Shown piece after piece: positions 10,115 through 19,724 of a stretch of 64,000 nucleotides of DNA. The DNA comes from Nemertoderma westbladi (Eukaryota > Animalia > Xenacoelomorpha), in NCBI GenBank assembly GCA_032718475.1, contig JAUCBJ010007250.1, positions 1 through 64,000 of the forward strand. The letters are read 5' to 3'. How positions within the stretch are numbered: position 1 is the first letter of the stretch; each line of letters starts with the position of its first letter. Below the pieces are notes generated by a model, which ran no database searches, was not told the origin of the DNA, and saw only the letters and a list, made by a program, of their open reading frames with translations. The position numbers were made by a program, and so were the translations under genes.

Positions 10115-13100
10115 ATGAGTGACAAACAAGACTATACGAAGAATACACAAACCGACTATGACTCATGTGACGCGGATAAGTCAGCAGCGGAAGAACCACA
10201 GGGGAAGACTCGCGAGCCTACCGAACCTACACCGTGTGCGTCACCAGTACATCCAACGGGAGTACCGGATGCCGTAGTACGAGGCGACGGCAGGACCGAG
10301 GACTTTCTAACTGTTCCGCAACCTAGATATAGGGAAACGGAAATGGTAAGTTCAGCAGGAAGCACAGAAAGTGTGGTTAGAAGCGTCGGTGGTTACATGG
10401 CGCATATTACCAGGAGTATTGGAGAAGGCCAACGCATATTAGACGGGTTGACCGCTCCGATGTCTCGATTCGAGTTCTACACCCTCCAGGTTAGAGTACA
10501 GAGTAAAGTATATAAGTCCGTAGATAATCTAGTTGGCCTACAAGATCTAGCTAGACAGAGACAGGACATGGATACTCAACTTAGAATCCTCGAGAAACTA
10601 ATGATCACTAGAGAGAAACTGATTCAGTTTAAGTCGACGATTAGACAGATACAACAGGAACAAGCGGACCAGTTGCTAGGTGAGTCAGTTTCGGACGAAT
10701 TATTACAGCCCGAGGAAGAACAGGAACTGTACCGACTGGATGGACAATTGAAACACCTGACGGATCACTTGCGCATGTGCGGCGAAGACGTCGGGGATTG
10801 GGAAACCGTGCCGGAGGCTACGAGGGAAACTTCACTCGCACAAATCGAACTGGCACCGGGAACACTAAATCAATCACTGGTGAGTATTCGTAGCGAAATC
10901 TGCGAAGGAAGTATGGTCACGTCAGAAGTCGCTCGACAACAGCAAGAATTCTGCCGACAACGACAAGAAATGGAAGAACAAGCTCAACTTCTAGTGATGC
11001 AAGCAGCAGTAGAGGAAGAGAAGCTACGCGTTGCGAATATAGTAAGAATATCTCATCTACAGGAACAAGCTGAATTAGAAGCAGCTGAAGTAGAAAGGTT
11101 AGAGTTAGACATTGCCCGACAAGCGGCAGCGGCAGCGGCCGAGTTAGAGCGACAAAACGCGGCGGCCGAGTTAGAGCGACAAAACGCAGCGGCCGAACTG
11201 GAGCGACAAACGGCAGCGGCAGCGGCGGAATTAAAACGAGAAAGGTTAGTCTCAGAAGCACGGGCCGAAATGAGAACACGGCAAATAAAAGCTCAATCTG
11301 CTATACGACAAGCAGAATTTGAGGCGCAACAACGACAAACGGAACAACGAGAGAAGACAGCTAAACTTCATTTCGAACTTGAGAAGAAGGCGAGAGAATT
11401 AGCGAACGCTGAGGAAGATCTGGATCAAAGGGCCCGCGATCGATCGATGAGATCTCGTGACGGACATGATTTGGACCAGTTAGAGGTAAGACATCGCCAA
11501 ATTCAGGAACGGAAGAAGGAAGGAAGCGTAGGAGCACCCGGACGGGAACGACAATTAGTAAAGGACGTGTGTCAACGATTCCCACAGGTAACTCATATGT
11601 TTGCACCGGTTACGACTAAGGAACCTGTTTCGATTGCGGGTAGTAGTAACATTTCTCCTATCCATGGTGCGACGGAACACAGGTTTGTTATTCCGGACGA
11701 GTTTACACCGCCAAGAGCAACGTCGTCGCCTATTCCGAAAGTCAAGGTAAGTAACCCACCGATTACGGATCGTAGTAGTTTATTGACCGGACCTGCACTA
11801 CTGACGACAAAACAGGTGAGTCCACCGTCGACACCTAAACCCGTTACACACTACGCTTACCCAATGACGTTTCGACCAACAAGGCCTTTGGATTCAAATG
11901 CTGTCACTCGACCACCGGTTCAGTTTACATCGCAATCTACGACTTCGAGGAAGACTTGTGAGCCTACCGAACAACGGAGAACAGTGGATACGCGACCGGT
12001 TCAGTTTACATCGCAATCTACGACTTCGAGGAAGACTTGTGAGCCTACCGAACAACGGAGAACAGTGGATACGCGACCGGTTCAGTTTACATCGCAATCT
12101 ACGACTTCGAGGAAGACTTGTGAGCCTACCGAACAACGGAGAACAGTGGATACGCGACCGGTTCAGTTTACATCGCAATCTACGACTTCGAGGAAGACTT
12201 GTGAGCCTACCGAACAACGGAGAACAGTGGATACGCGACCGGTTCAGTTTACATCGCAATCTACGACTTCGAGGAAGACTTGTGAGCCTACCGAACAACG
12301 GAGAACAGTGGATACGCGACCGGTTCAGTTTACATCGCAATCTACGACTTCGAGGAAGACTTGTGAGCCTACCGAACAACGGAGAACAGTGGATACGCGA
12401 CCGGTTCAGTTTACATCGCAATCTACGACTTCGAGGAAGACTTGTGAGCCTACCGAACAACGAAAGCGAGACGATGTTCCGAAACGAACCGTTAGAATTA
12501 GTACGACGCAACGGACGCGAGCACGTCGACCACCATATCCAGATGATAGTAGTACTTCGAGCGAATCGGATTACCCGAAACGCGAGGTATTTAGAACAGG
12601 GGCGGCCGATGAATACAAACGCGAGCGTTCAGACAACTCCTTTGCAGACAATCCTCCACAGAATACACCAACACAGAAGGCGTTACAACCAACGGACGCA
12701 ATTAGTACACAACAGTTCGCCGACATCCTGCGACCAGTTGTCAATAAGTTGGCTCAAATCGAGGAACGTCTGGAGGAAGGTTACACCGACAGTTCGAGAA
12801 ACTCCGAATTCGAACCCAATAAACACCCGAAGGAACCACAAAGACCGGTACCTTCAAACCCCACATCGTATCAAAGAAAAACGCCAAGAAGGGAGAACAA
12901 CAACCCGGTTGCCAACCAAGGACGCGAAACTTTGAACGTTGCCGAGGAGATAGCGAAATTCGCAGCCAGACAGGGATTGCCGGTACAACAACCACCGAAG
13001 TTTTCCGGTAGCTCAAAACACTGGCATACCTTCGTAGACTATATCGAATCCCAGATCGCCGTGTGCGCCTTTACATCACGGGAGAAGTTCAATTACCTGC

Positions 13101-16100
13101 TCCAAATGTTGTCAGGAGAACCTAAACGTTTGGCGGAGACCTTCGTTGGTGTACCGGACGCTTTCGAACTAGCGTACGATCGTTTGACTTCGATATACGG
13201 AGGTACAGTGAGTATGGCCAGGTCAGTAATAGAGGAACTCTGTAAGGGAGGGGCTATCACTAAACCCGTCGACTTACTAAAACTGGCTGACGAGATTAAG
13301 AACGCTATCACTACCTTAAGATCAATTGGACAACTTGATTACGGGAATACCCCTACAGTTCTATTAAAGATAATAGGACGACTCCACCATCGACTTCGTC
13401 GGGAGTGGAGGAAGGTCGAATACCAGCGAGAGGAGCGAGGAGGATTCCTAAAATTAGAAGATGTGTACCTTTTAATATCCAGGGAGGCGGTAGTTGAAAC
13501 TCGATCTAACTATACCGACCAGCACATCGTGGCAGAAGGGATCACACTGCCATCCTCCAACCGACAAAAACCCCAGACAACATCCACAAAGACGGCCACT
13601 TACGCCACACCGACGGAATCACGACAATTCTCAGACGGTAATAGAGTATCTGCGCCCATTGGAACGAAACAGACGAGACAGCAACTCAGCGCCGACTTCA
13701 ACGGCTGCCAATACTGCGAACATTTAGGTAAGCGGTATATTGGTCACAAGTTACGAGGTTGTCGACAATTTCGCGAGTTGAACTCAGAAGAACGACGGCT
13801 GCAGATACGGCCACTGGACTCTTGTTGGCGGTGTACGCGACACGGACACGTCCGTAAGGATTGCCCAAATACCGACACTTGTCCATCCTGTGGACGCAAC
13901 CACGACGGTCTGCTCCACACAGACAGCCACACGCCGACGAAACGCTTCGCCAGGGAACACCCGGAAGCAGCAGCGAGATGTGATGCGGCCTACCGAAAAC
14001 GAGAATCGAAAACGACTCCAACATTCGTGACCCATATAGAGGATTGCTTTTCAGAACAATCCGGATCGTCGGACGAAGAATCAGACGACGACGAATATTC
14101 TAATGGAGACGAACAACCGTCAATCGCGCTCCTGACCACTGACCAACTGAAGGGATTCAGTGTAATCCCGATTAAAGTTACTGGCACAAAGGGGAGCAAA
14201 AGAATCTACGCGATTCTAGACTCAGCCTCATCTCACAGTTACGTGGATGAAAAGATAGCTGACGTCGTAACGGATCTCAGACAAGGTAAACACGTCAGTT
14301 ATACAGTAAGTAGTATGCACGGCCAGCGTGCAATACCAGTGACACGAGTTAAGTTGGACTTAGACTCTCTTCTTCCAAAATCGCAACACAGCGAGAGGGA
14401 GAGGTCTTTGTTGCCCTTTAGAGATCTAACCTTTGCGGCCACGAAGGACTTTAGTAACCTACTAGGTCCAGTGCCGGAACAATCTCTGGAGGACCGTAAG
14501 TATTTCAGACACCTTGGTGTACCCGAATGTCCTGTCAATTATAGATCGGTAGCAATGCTGATCGGGACGGACCAATTCAACCTACATCAGGTGTGGGAAA
14601 CCAGACCATCGGCAGTTGTAGCGGGAAACGCATACGCCTGCAGAACGCCGATAGGGTGGTATACTCGAGCGCCTGTGCGCACACTAGACGTAAGTGACGA
14701 GGAAGACGACGTACAGAGTACATGTAGTTTATTGACTACAAACTCAATTCATTCCTTTTCACACGACGTGAACCATACTACGCTACAGTCGACAAAACAT
14801 GACAGACGTGTAACTAGTATGATAAGTCACAAGGAGCAGCTAACCCACAAGGTGAGTTTAGAACTTGGGGAGAAGACGAATCAGCTAGAGATTCCATCGA
14901 CGACAGATGATAGGCTTGCGAGTCTACCTACCCCAACAACCTCAACAGTGCCCGTCGATATCGACGATGACGCGTTGAAAATTCATCAGTTGGAACAAGC
15001 CGCCTTGGACAAAGAATTAACGGAGAAGACTATCAGGTGGTTAGAACAAGATACAGCTGAACCTGGTAGCTACGAACCTTGTATGTCGGAACAGGAGAAA
15101 CAATCTCTGAAGATCATGGAGGATACTATCCGACAGACGGAGGACGGACATTACGAGGTGGGTATGTTATGGCGTAGCCAAAGTCCTAAACTTATAAACA
15201 ACTACCCACTGGCTTTAAGACGTCTACACTCAATACGGCAACGTCTATTAAAGGACGAGAAAGCCCATCTGCAGTACAACACTCAGATGGAGACGTATTT
15301 GACGAAGGGATACGCTATCCGAATGACTAACCCGGAGCAAGTGACCGACCAGACATACTACCTGCCACATCACTATGTGAGACATCCCGACAAACCAGAC
15401 AAAGTACGCGTAGTCAATGACTGTGCGGCTCTGTTTGAGGGAATGTCCCTCAATAGTGAGTTGATGGATGGACCGAACATGAATAATTATCTTATGGGGG
15501 TGATTATGCGCTTCCGTCAGCGTCAAGTAGCCTTTACTTGCGACGTTGAAGCGATGTTTCACCAAGTGAAAGCGTTAGAGCGAGACAGAGACAGTTTGCG
15601 GTTTCTCTGGTATCCGGAAGGGGACTTAAGTCTACCACCAGCGACTTACCAAATGCAAGTTCGCGTTTTCGGTGCCAGAGACAGCCCAAATTGTACGATG
15701 TACGCCTTGAAGCAAGCCGCTAGAGATCAGAAACATTTGTATGACCCAGAGATAATTAGAATTGTAGAACGTGACTTTTACGTTGATGACGGTTTACAAA
15801 GTTGCGACACAGTAGAACGTGCTACAACAGTAGCACATCAATTACGGGACTGCTTGGCGGGCGGAGGTTTTAACCTCACCAAATTCGCCTCAAACAGTGC
15901 CGAATTAGTTGACTCATTCGGAACTACTGAGCGTGGAGGTGGTGACATAGACCTAGAGTTCGAACCACTACCGACGACTAAGGTGTTGGGGCTCTTTTGG
16001 GACCCAAACACAGACAACTTTCGAGTGAAGGTGAGACTGGACAGTCAAGGAAACACACTGACCAAGAGATCATGCTTGTCAAAGTTGAGCCGATTGTTCG

Positions 16101-19100
16101 ACCCGTTAGGATTCATCAGTCCAGTGATACTGCAAGCCCGCATTTATATGCGCAGTATATGGAAGGATGGACTAACGTGGGACGAGCCGATCTCATCAGA
16201 CCAAGTGGACTTATGGAAGACCTGGGAGGCGGAATTGTCTTCGCTAGAGGATTATTTCATACCCAGGGTTTACTTTCCATTACAGAGTACATTTCCTGAC
16301 AACTTAGAACTACACTGTTTTTCTGACGCCAGTGACAACGGTTTTGGTGTGGCAGCGTATTTGCGCAGACAAGTAGAATCAGACGAGTTCGATGTTTCGC
16401 TCATTACTTCCAAGGCTAAGACCATGCCTACTAAGTATATGACGACACCACGAGCCGAGCTACAAGCCGCGACCCTGTCAACCACCATCGTGAACCTCAT
16501 ACAGACAGAACTACAGTCGAGTTTACAGATATTTTATTGGACTGACGCGACGTTGGTTTTATTTTACATAAACAACGACACACTCGAATTCAAGACATTC
16601 GTAGCTAACCGTCGCGCAGAGATTCTAGACCGTTCGATAAAAGAGGATTGGCGACATTGTCCCGGACCACAAAACCCAGCTGATATTGCGTCGCGAGGAA
16701 TGATGCCTGAGGAATTCTGTAAACCGGAGAACAAAGAGTTTTGGCAACACGGACCCCAGTTCTTGCAGAAATCGACACAAGATTGGCCTCCGCTATACGA
16801 CAACAAGTCCAACACCATTCCTAAGGACGCCGAAATCAAGAAACCAAAAAAGGGGAAGACAAAGAAAAGGACAACGGCGGCGAAACTAAAGAAAAAACCG
16901 AAGGCGAAATGGAAGGATATAACTTCAAAGGTCAAGAGAGGAAGACTTGCGAGCCTTTCTACACCAGACATATCGCCAGACGGTCGACCAGACATATCGC
17001 CAGACGGTCAACCAGACACTTTACTAGACAGTCAACCAGACATTTTGCCAGACATATCACAAAATGTTCCACCAGACGCTAGTAACACACTGACAAACAG
17101 TAAAGCCGCAGTTTCTCTATTGGAGCGGCCTTCTATTGACAAACAACTAGATACGTTACCAGACGTATCGCCAGACACATTACTAGACAGTCGACTAGAC
17201 ACTAGTAATGTATTGACTAACGATAAAGCCGCAGTTTCCCTATTGGAGCGGCCTTGTATTGACAAACTACCAATTTTGACACACTTGAGCAACCATAAGC
17301 ACGGTGAAACCTCATGTATTACAGATGTGGGTAGTACCTACGCTAATGTAAATACAGGTGTTACTCTGCGCTCAAGAGACATACCGAACTTGCAACCTAT
17401 AGTGAGACCTGGGATTAATGTCGGCAGGAAAATAAGTTTACCGAAACCTGCTGACCCCATAGAGTTCAAACCACCATTAACGATCGACTTACAAAGTACC
17501 GACAATCAAGGTAAGAAGACGAAGAAGGACAAATTACTTGTAGACCCGGACGGATCAACAGTCAACAAGGGAATACTTACCGGCGGACCCGTGGGCCCTT
17601 CTAGTAATTCAAAACCTTCCAAAATCTCCATTGACTTACCTGATGACGTCACAAATACTTACGTCGACCGAATTGTAAACTTAACAGACTCTTGGTCGAA
17701 CGCTTGCCGAAAATTAGCGTGGATTGTACGTTTCGTACAATACGTTAAAGGCAAACGTGACTTTACACGTCGACTTACATTGGCTGAGATTGACAGGTGT
17801 GAGATTAAATTAATTCGCCATTACCAACTGCGATATTTCGCGCGCGAATTCACATCCATAAATCAAGGTCAACCAATCAAGTCGTCACCGATACTGAGTT
17901 GGAGTCCGATTATTTATAATGGCTTAATTTGTCATAAATCTCGGCTTCAAAACATTGACTTTAACACAAACTTTAGGTACCCAATAATAATACCGCAACA
18001 CCACGAACTACAACGTGCAATGATACTGGACGCACATTTACATCTGAAACACGCTGGAAGACACCACTGTCTTTCCTACTTACGTACTAGATTTGTATTA
18101 ATTAGACCCAGTAAAGCATTGAGTTCAGTGACACGTACGTGTATTATTTGTAAAAAGGTACATTCTAGAATAGGTACCCAAGAAATGAGTGAACTATCAC
18201 AAGCACGACTTCAAGCATTCAGACCACCTTTTACAGAGACTGGAATTGATTGCTTTGGTCCCATACATACGAAACGTGGACGTATACTAGTAAAACGCTG
18301 GGGACTGATTTTCACATGTATGTCCAGTAGGGCAGTTCACATTGAACGTGTGATGGATCTTTCCACCAACGCGTTTATACTAGCACTGCGGCGATTTATC
18401 GCTAGACGCGGACTAGTAAAATGCTTGTACTCAGACCAAGGGACAAACTTTGTTGGTGCTCGGAATGAGATTGCTAGAGCCTTTAAGAGATTAGATCATG
18501 ATCAAATCTCGAACGAACTGCAACCTCACAAGATTGTTTGGAAGTTTAATCCTCCAGATAGTCCTTGGAGAGGCGGAGTCTGGGAGAGATTGATTAGATC
18601 TATCAAAACGGCCATGGCAAAGGTCATTCCAGTAAACCACATATTAACAGACGACCAACTGACAACATTGTTTGTTGAAATCGAGGCAATACTAAATACT
18701 AGACCAATAGTATTAGTACCCGATGACAAACAATCTCAGTTCGCTTTAACACCAGCACACCTGCTTATGCAGGCACCGACCACATTGACGCCGATTTCCA
18801 TTCCAATGGAAAGTGATAGTTACGGTAGAAAAGCGTGGAAAATCACGCAACTACTGGCTAACAAATTCTGGGAAATATGGCAAAACCATTATTTGCCCTC
18901 TATTTCTGCCAGAACAACATGGTACAATAACACCCGCGCATTAAAGCCGGGAGATCACGTGCTGTTGGCAGAAGTGAATCTAAAAAGACGCTTCTGGATA
19001 ACAGGTGTCATTTTAGCCACACATCCATCTATGGATGGAGTGACAAGAACTGTGACGGTACGAACAATTGACGGTCGTACAGTAGACAGACCAACTCAAC

Positions 19101-19171
19101 GTCTCGTACTTCTTGAAGAGACTCGTAACGAGTCTGGAGACTACAAATCTCCACCTAATACTAGTAAATAA
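10115..19171 (+). CDS. gag-pol: BEL/Pao Gag-Pol polyprotein, 3018 aa (Gag, Zn knuckles, aspartic protease, RT, RNase H, integrase)
   Basis: Gag PPKFSG..W..F; CWRCTRHGHVRKDC and CPSCGRNH; protease ILDSAS; RT YLPHH, DVEAMFHQV, FYVDD; RNase H HCFSDAS, PRAEL, WTDA, NPADIASRG; integrase H..H..CIIC, GIDCFGP, SDQGTNF, WERLI; domain order PR-RT-RH-IN. Confidence 0.96.
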   Translation: MSDKQDYTKNTQTDYDSCDADKSAAEEPQGKTREPTEPTPCASPVHPTGVPDAVVRGDGRTEDFLTVPQPRYRETEMVSSAGSTESVVRSVGGYMAHITRSIGEGQRILDGLTAPMSRFEFYTLQVRVQSKVYKSVDNLVGLQDLARQRQDMDTQLRILEKLMITREKLIQFKSTIRQIQQEQADQLLGESVSDELLQPEEEQELYRLDGQLKHLTDHLRMCGEDVGDWETVPEATRETSLAQIELAPGTLNQSLVSIRSEICEGSMVTSEVARQQQEFCRQRQEMEEQAQLLVMQAAVEEEKLRVANIVRISHLQEQAELEAAEVERLELDIARQAAAAAAELERQNAAAELERQNAAAELERQTAAAAAELKRERLVSEARAEMRTRQIKAQSAIRQAEFEAQQRQTEQREKTAKLHFELEKKARELANAEEDLDQRARDRSMRSRDGHDLDQLEVRHRQIQERKKEGSVGAPGRERQLVKDVCQRFPQVTHMFAPVTTKEPVSIAGSSNISPIHGATEHRFVIPDEFTPPRATSSPIPKVKVSNPPITDRSSLLTGPALLTTKQVSPPSTPKPVTHYAYPMTFRPTRPLDSNAVTRPPVQFTSQSTTSRKTCEPTEQRRTVDTRPVQFTSQSTTSRKTCEPTEQRRTVDTRPVQFTSQSTTSRKTCEPTEQRRTVDTRPVQFTSQSTTSRKTCEPTEQRRTVDTRPVQFTSQSTTSRKTCEPTEQRRTVDTRPVQFTSQSTTSRKTCEPTEQRRTVDTRPVQFTSQSTTSRKTCEPTEQRKRDDVPKRTVRISTTQRTRARRPPYPDDSSTSSESDYPKREVFRTGAADEYKRERSDNSFADNPPQNTPTQKALQPTDAISTQQFADILRPVVNKLAQIEERLEEGYTDSSRNSEFEPNKHPKEPQRPVPSNPTSYQRKTPRRENNNPVANQGRETLNVAEEIAKFAARQGLPVQQPPKFSGSSKHWHTFVDYIESQIAVCAFTSREKFNYLLQMLSGEPKRLAETFVGVPDAFELAYDRLTSIYGGTVSMARSVIEELCKGGAITKPVDLLKLADEIKNAITTLRSIGQLDYGNTPTVLLKIIGRLHHRLRREWRKVEYQREERGGFLKLEDVYLLISREAVVETRSNYTDQHIVAEGITLPSSNRQKPQTTSTKTATYATPTESRQFSDGNRVSAPIGTKQTRQQLSADFNGCQYCEHLGKRYIGHKLRGCRQFRELNSEERRLQIRPLDSCWRCTRHGHVRKDCPNTDTCPSCGRNHDGLLHTDSHTPTKRFAREHPEAAARCDAAYRKRESKTTPTFVTHIEDCFSEQSGSSDEESDDDEYSNGDEQPSIALLTTDQLKGFSVIPIKVTGTKGSKRIYAILDSASSHSYVDEKIADVVTDLRQGKHVSYTVSSMHGQRAIPVTRVKLDLDSLLPKSQHSERERSLLPFRDLTFAATKDFSNLLGPVPEQSLEDRKYFRHLGVPECPVNYRSVAMLIGTDQFNLHQVWETRPSAVVAGNAYACRTPIGWYTRAPVRTLDVSDEEDDVQSTCSLLTTNSIHSFSHDVNHTTLQSTKHDRRVTSMISHKEQLTHKVSLELGEKTNQLEIPSTTDDRLASLPTPTTSTVPVDIDDDALKIHQLEQAALDKELTEKTIRWLEQDTAEPGSYEPCMSEQEKQSLKIMEDTIRQTEDGHYEVGMLWRSQSPKLINNYPLALRRLHSIRQRLLKDEKAHLQYNTQMETYLTKGYAIRMTNPEQVTDQTYYLPHHYVRHPDKPDKVRVVNDCAALFEGMSLNSELMDGPNMNNYLMGVIMRFRQRQVAFTCDVEAMFHQVKALERDRDSLRFLWYPEGDLSLPPATYQMQVRVFGARDSPNCTMYALKQAARDQKHLYDPEIIRIVERDFYVDDGLQSCDTVERATTVAHQLRDCLAGGGFNLTKFASNSAELVDSFGTTERGGGDIDLEFEPLPTTKVLGLFWDPNTDNFRVKVRLDSQGNTLTKRSCLSKLSRLFDPLGFISPVILQARIYMRSIWKDGLTWDEPISSDQVDLWKTWEAELSSLEDYFIPRVYFPLQSTFPDNLELHCFSDASDNGFGVAAYLRRQVESDEFDVSLITSKAKTMPTKYMTTPRAELQAATLSTTIVNLIQTELQSSLQIFYWTDATLVLFYINNDTLEFKTFVANRRAEILDRSIKEDWRHCPGPQNPADIASRGMMPEEFCKPENKEFWQHGPQFLQKSTQDWPPLYDNKSNTIPKDAEIKKPKKGKTKKRTTAAKLKKKPKAKWKDITSKVKRGRLASLSTPDISPDGRPDISPDGQPDTLLDSQPDILPDISQNVPPDASNTLTNSKAAVSLLERPSIDKQLDTLPDVSPDTLLDSRLDTSNVLTNDKAAVSLLERPCIDKLPILTHLSNHKHGETSCITDVGSTYANVNTGVTLRSRDIPNLQPIVRPGINVGRKISLPKPADPIEFKPPLTIDLQSTDNQGKKTKKDKLLVDPDGSTVNKGILTGGPVGPSSNSKPSKISIDLPDDVTNTYVDRIVNLTDSWSNACRKLAWIVRFVQYVKGKRDFTRRLTLAEIDRCEIKLIRHYQLRYFAREFTSINQGQPIKSSPILSWSPIIYNGLICHKSRLQNIDFNTNFRYPIIIPQHHELQRAMILDAHLHLKHAGRHHCLSYLRTRFVLIRPSKALSSVTRTCIICKKVHSRIGTQEMSELSQARLQAFRPPFTETGIDCFGPIHTKRGRILVKRWGLIFTCMSSRAVHIERVMDLSTNAFILALRRFIARRGLVKCLYSDQGTNFVGARNEIARAFKRLDHDQISNELQPHKIVWKFNPPDSPWRGGVWERLIRSIKTAMAKVIPVNHILTDDQLTTLFVEIEAILNTRPIVLVPDDKQSQFALTPAHLLMQAPTTLTPISIPMESDSYGRKAWKITQLLANKFWEIWQNHYLPSISARTTWYNNTRALKPGDHVLLAEVNLKRRFWITGVILATHPSMDGVTRTVTVRTIDGRTVDRPTQRLVLLEETRNESGDYKSPPNTSK
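11915..12462 (+). repeat. Perfect 81-bp tandem repeat (6 full + 1 partial copy) in gag of A
   Basis: Encodes PVQFTSQSTTSRKTCEPTEQRRTVDTR repeats. Units appear identical. Confidence 0.95.
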
Positions 19172-19724
19172 TTAGGAGTTTACAAATAGACTTCCACGTA
19201 CCTGTACACCGTAGTAAGGACAGCGGTAGAATTCCATTGTCTTTATATGTGAACATTGAGGGTAGTACCCTTATGTGTCACATAGGAGCGGGATTTGTAG
19301 GTATAAGAAATGGAATTCTACTTGGAACTCACAATATTGAGACATTTTCGAAATTTTAGACAATCCATTTGGATTTGAAAAATTTTAAAAATTTTCTCCA
19401 GTGAATAGATTTCAGGGTACAGTCGGGTGGAACTTAAAATTAGAGAAACAAGAGAGGAAGACTTGCGAGCCTTTCTTAAAATTTTTAATTAAATTTTACA
19501 CGGTCTTGTTTCAATAAGTTACGTCAAAATAGACTCACCTATATTTATTACTAATTCTTGATTGCTTATTTTCTGATAATAGTTTGGGATCAAAAGGTGA
19601 GTATTTTAGACTCACGGCCAGTTTAGCCCAAATTCGTTTTTACTTCGGCAAAAAATTTTAGATAAGAAGCAGCGTGTCATTAAAGAAACCCTAGATCTTA
19701 GGCTATGGGTAGGAGGTTAGAGCG

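Noticed and set aside
11894-12935. 81-bp repeat as a CRISPR array, and the alternative-frame ORFs 11894-12511 and 11898-12935
   Set aside because: Head-to-tail identical units with no unique spacers, inside a eukaryotic gag. The extra ORFs result from a stop-free repeat whose length is a multiple of 3.
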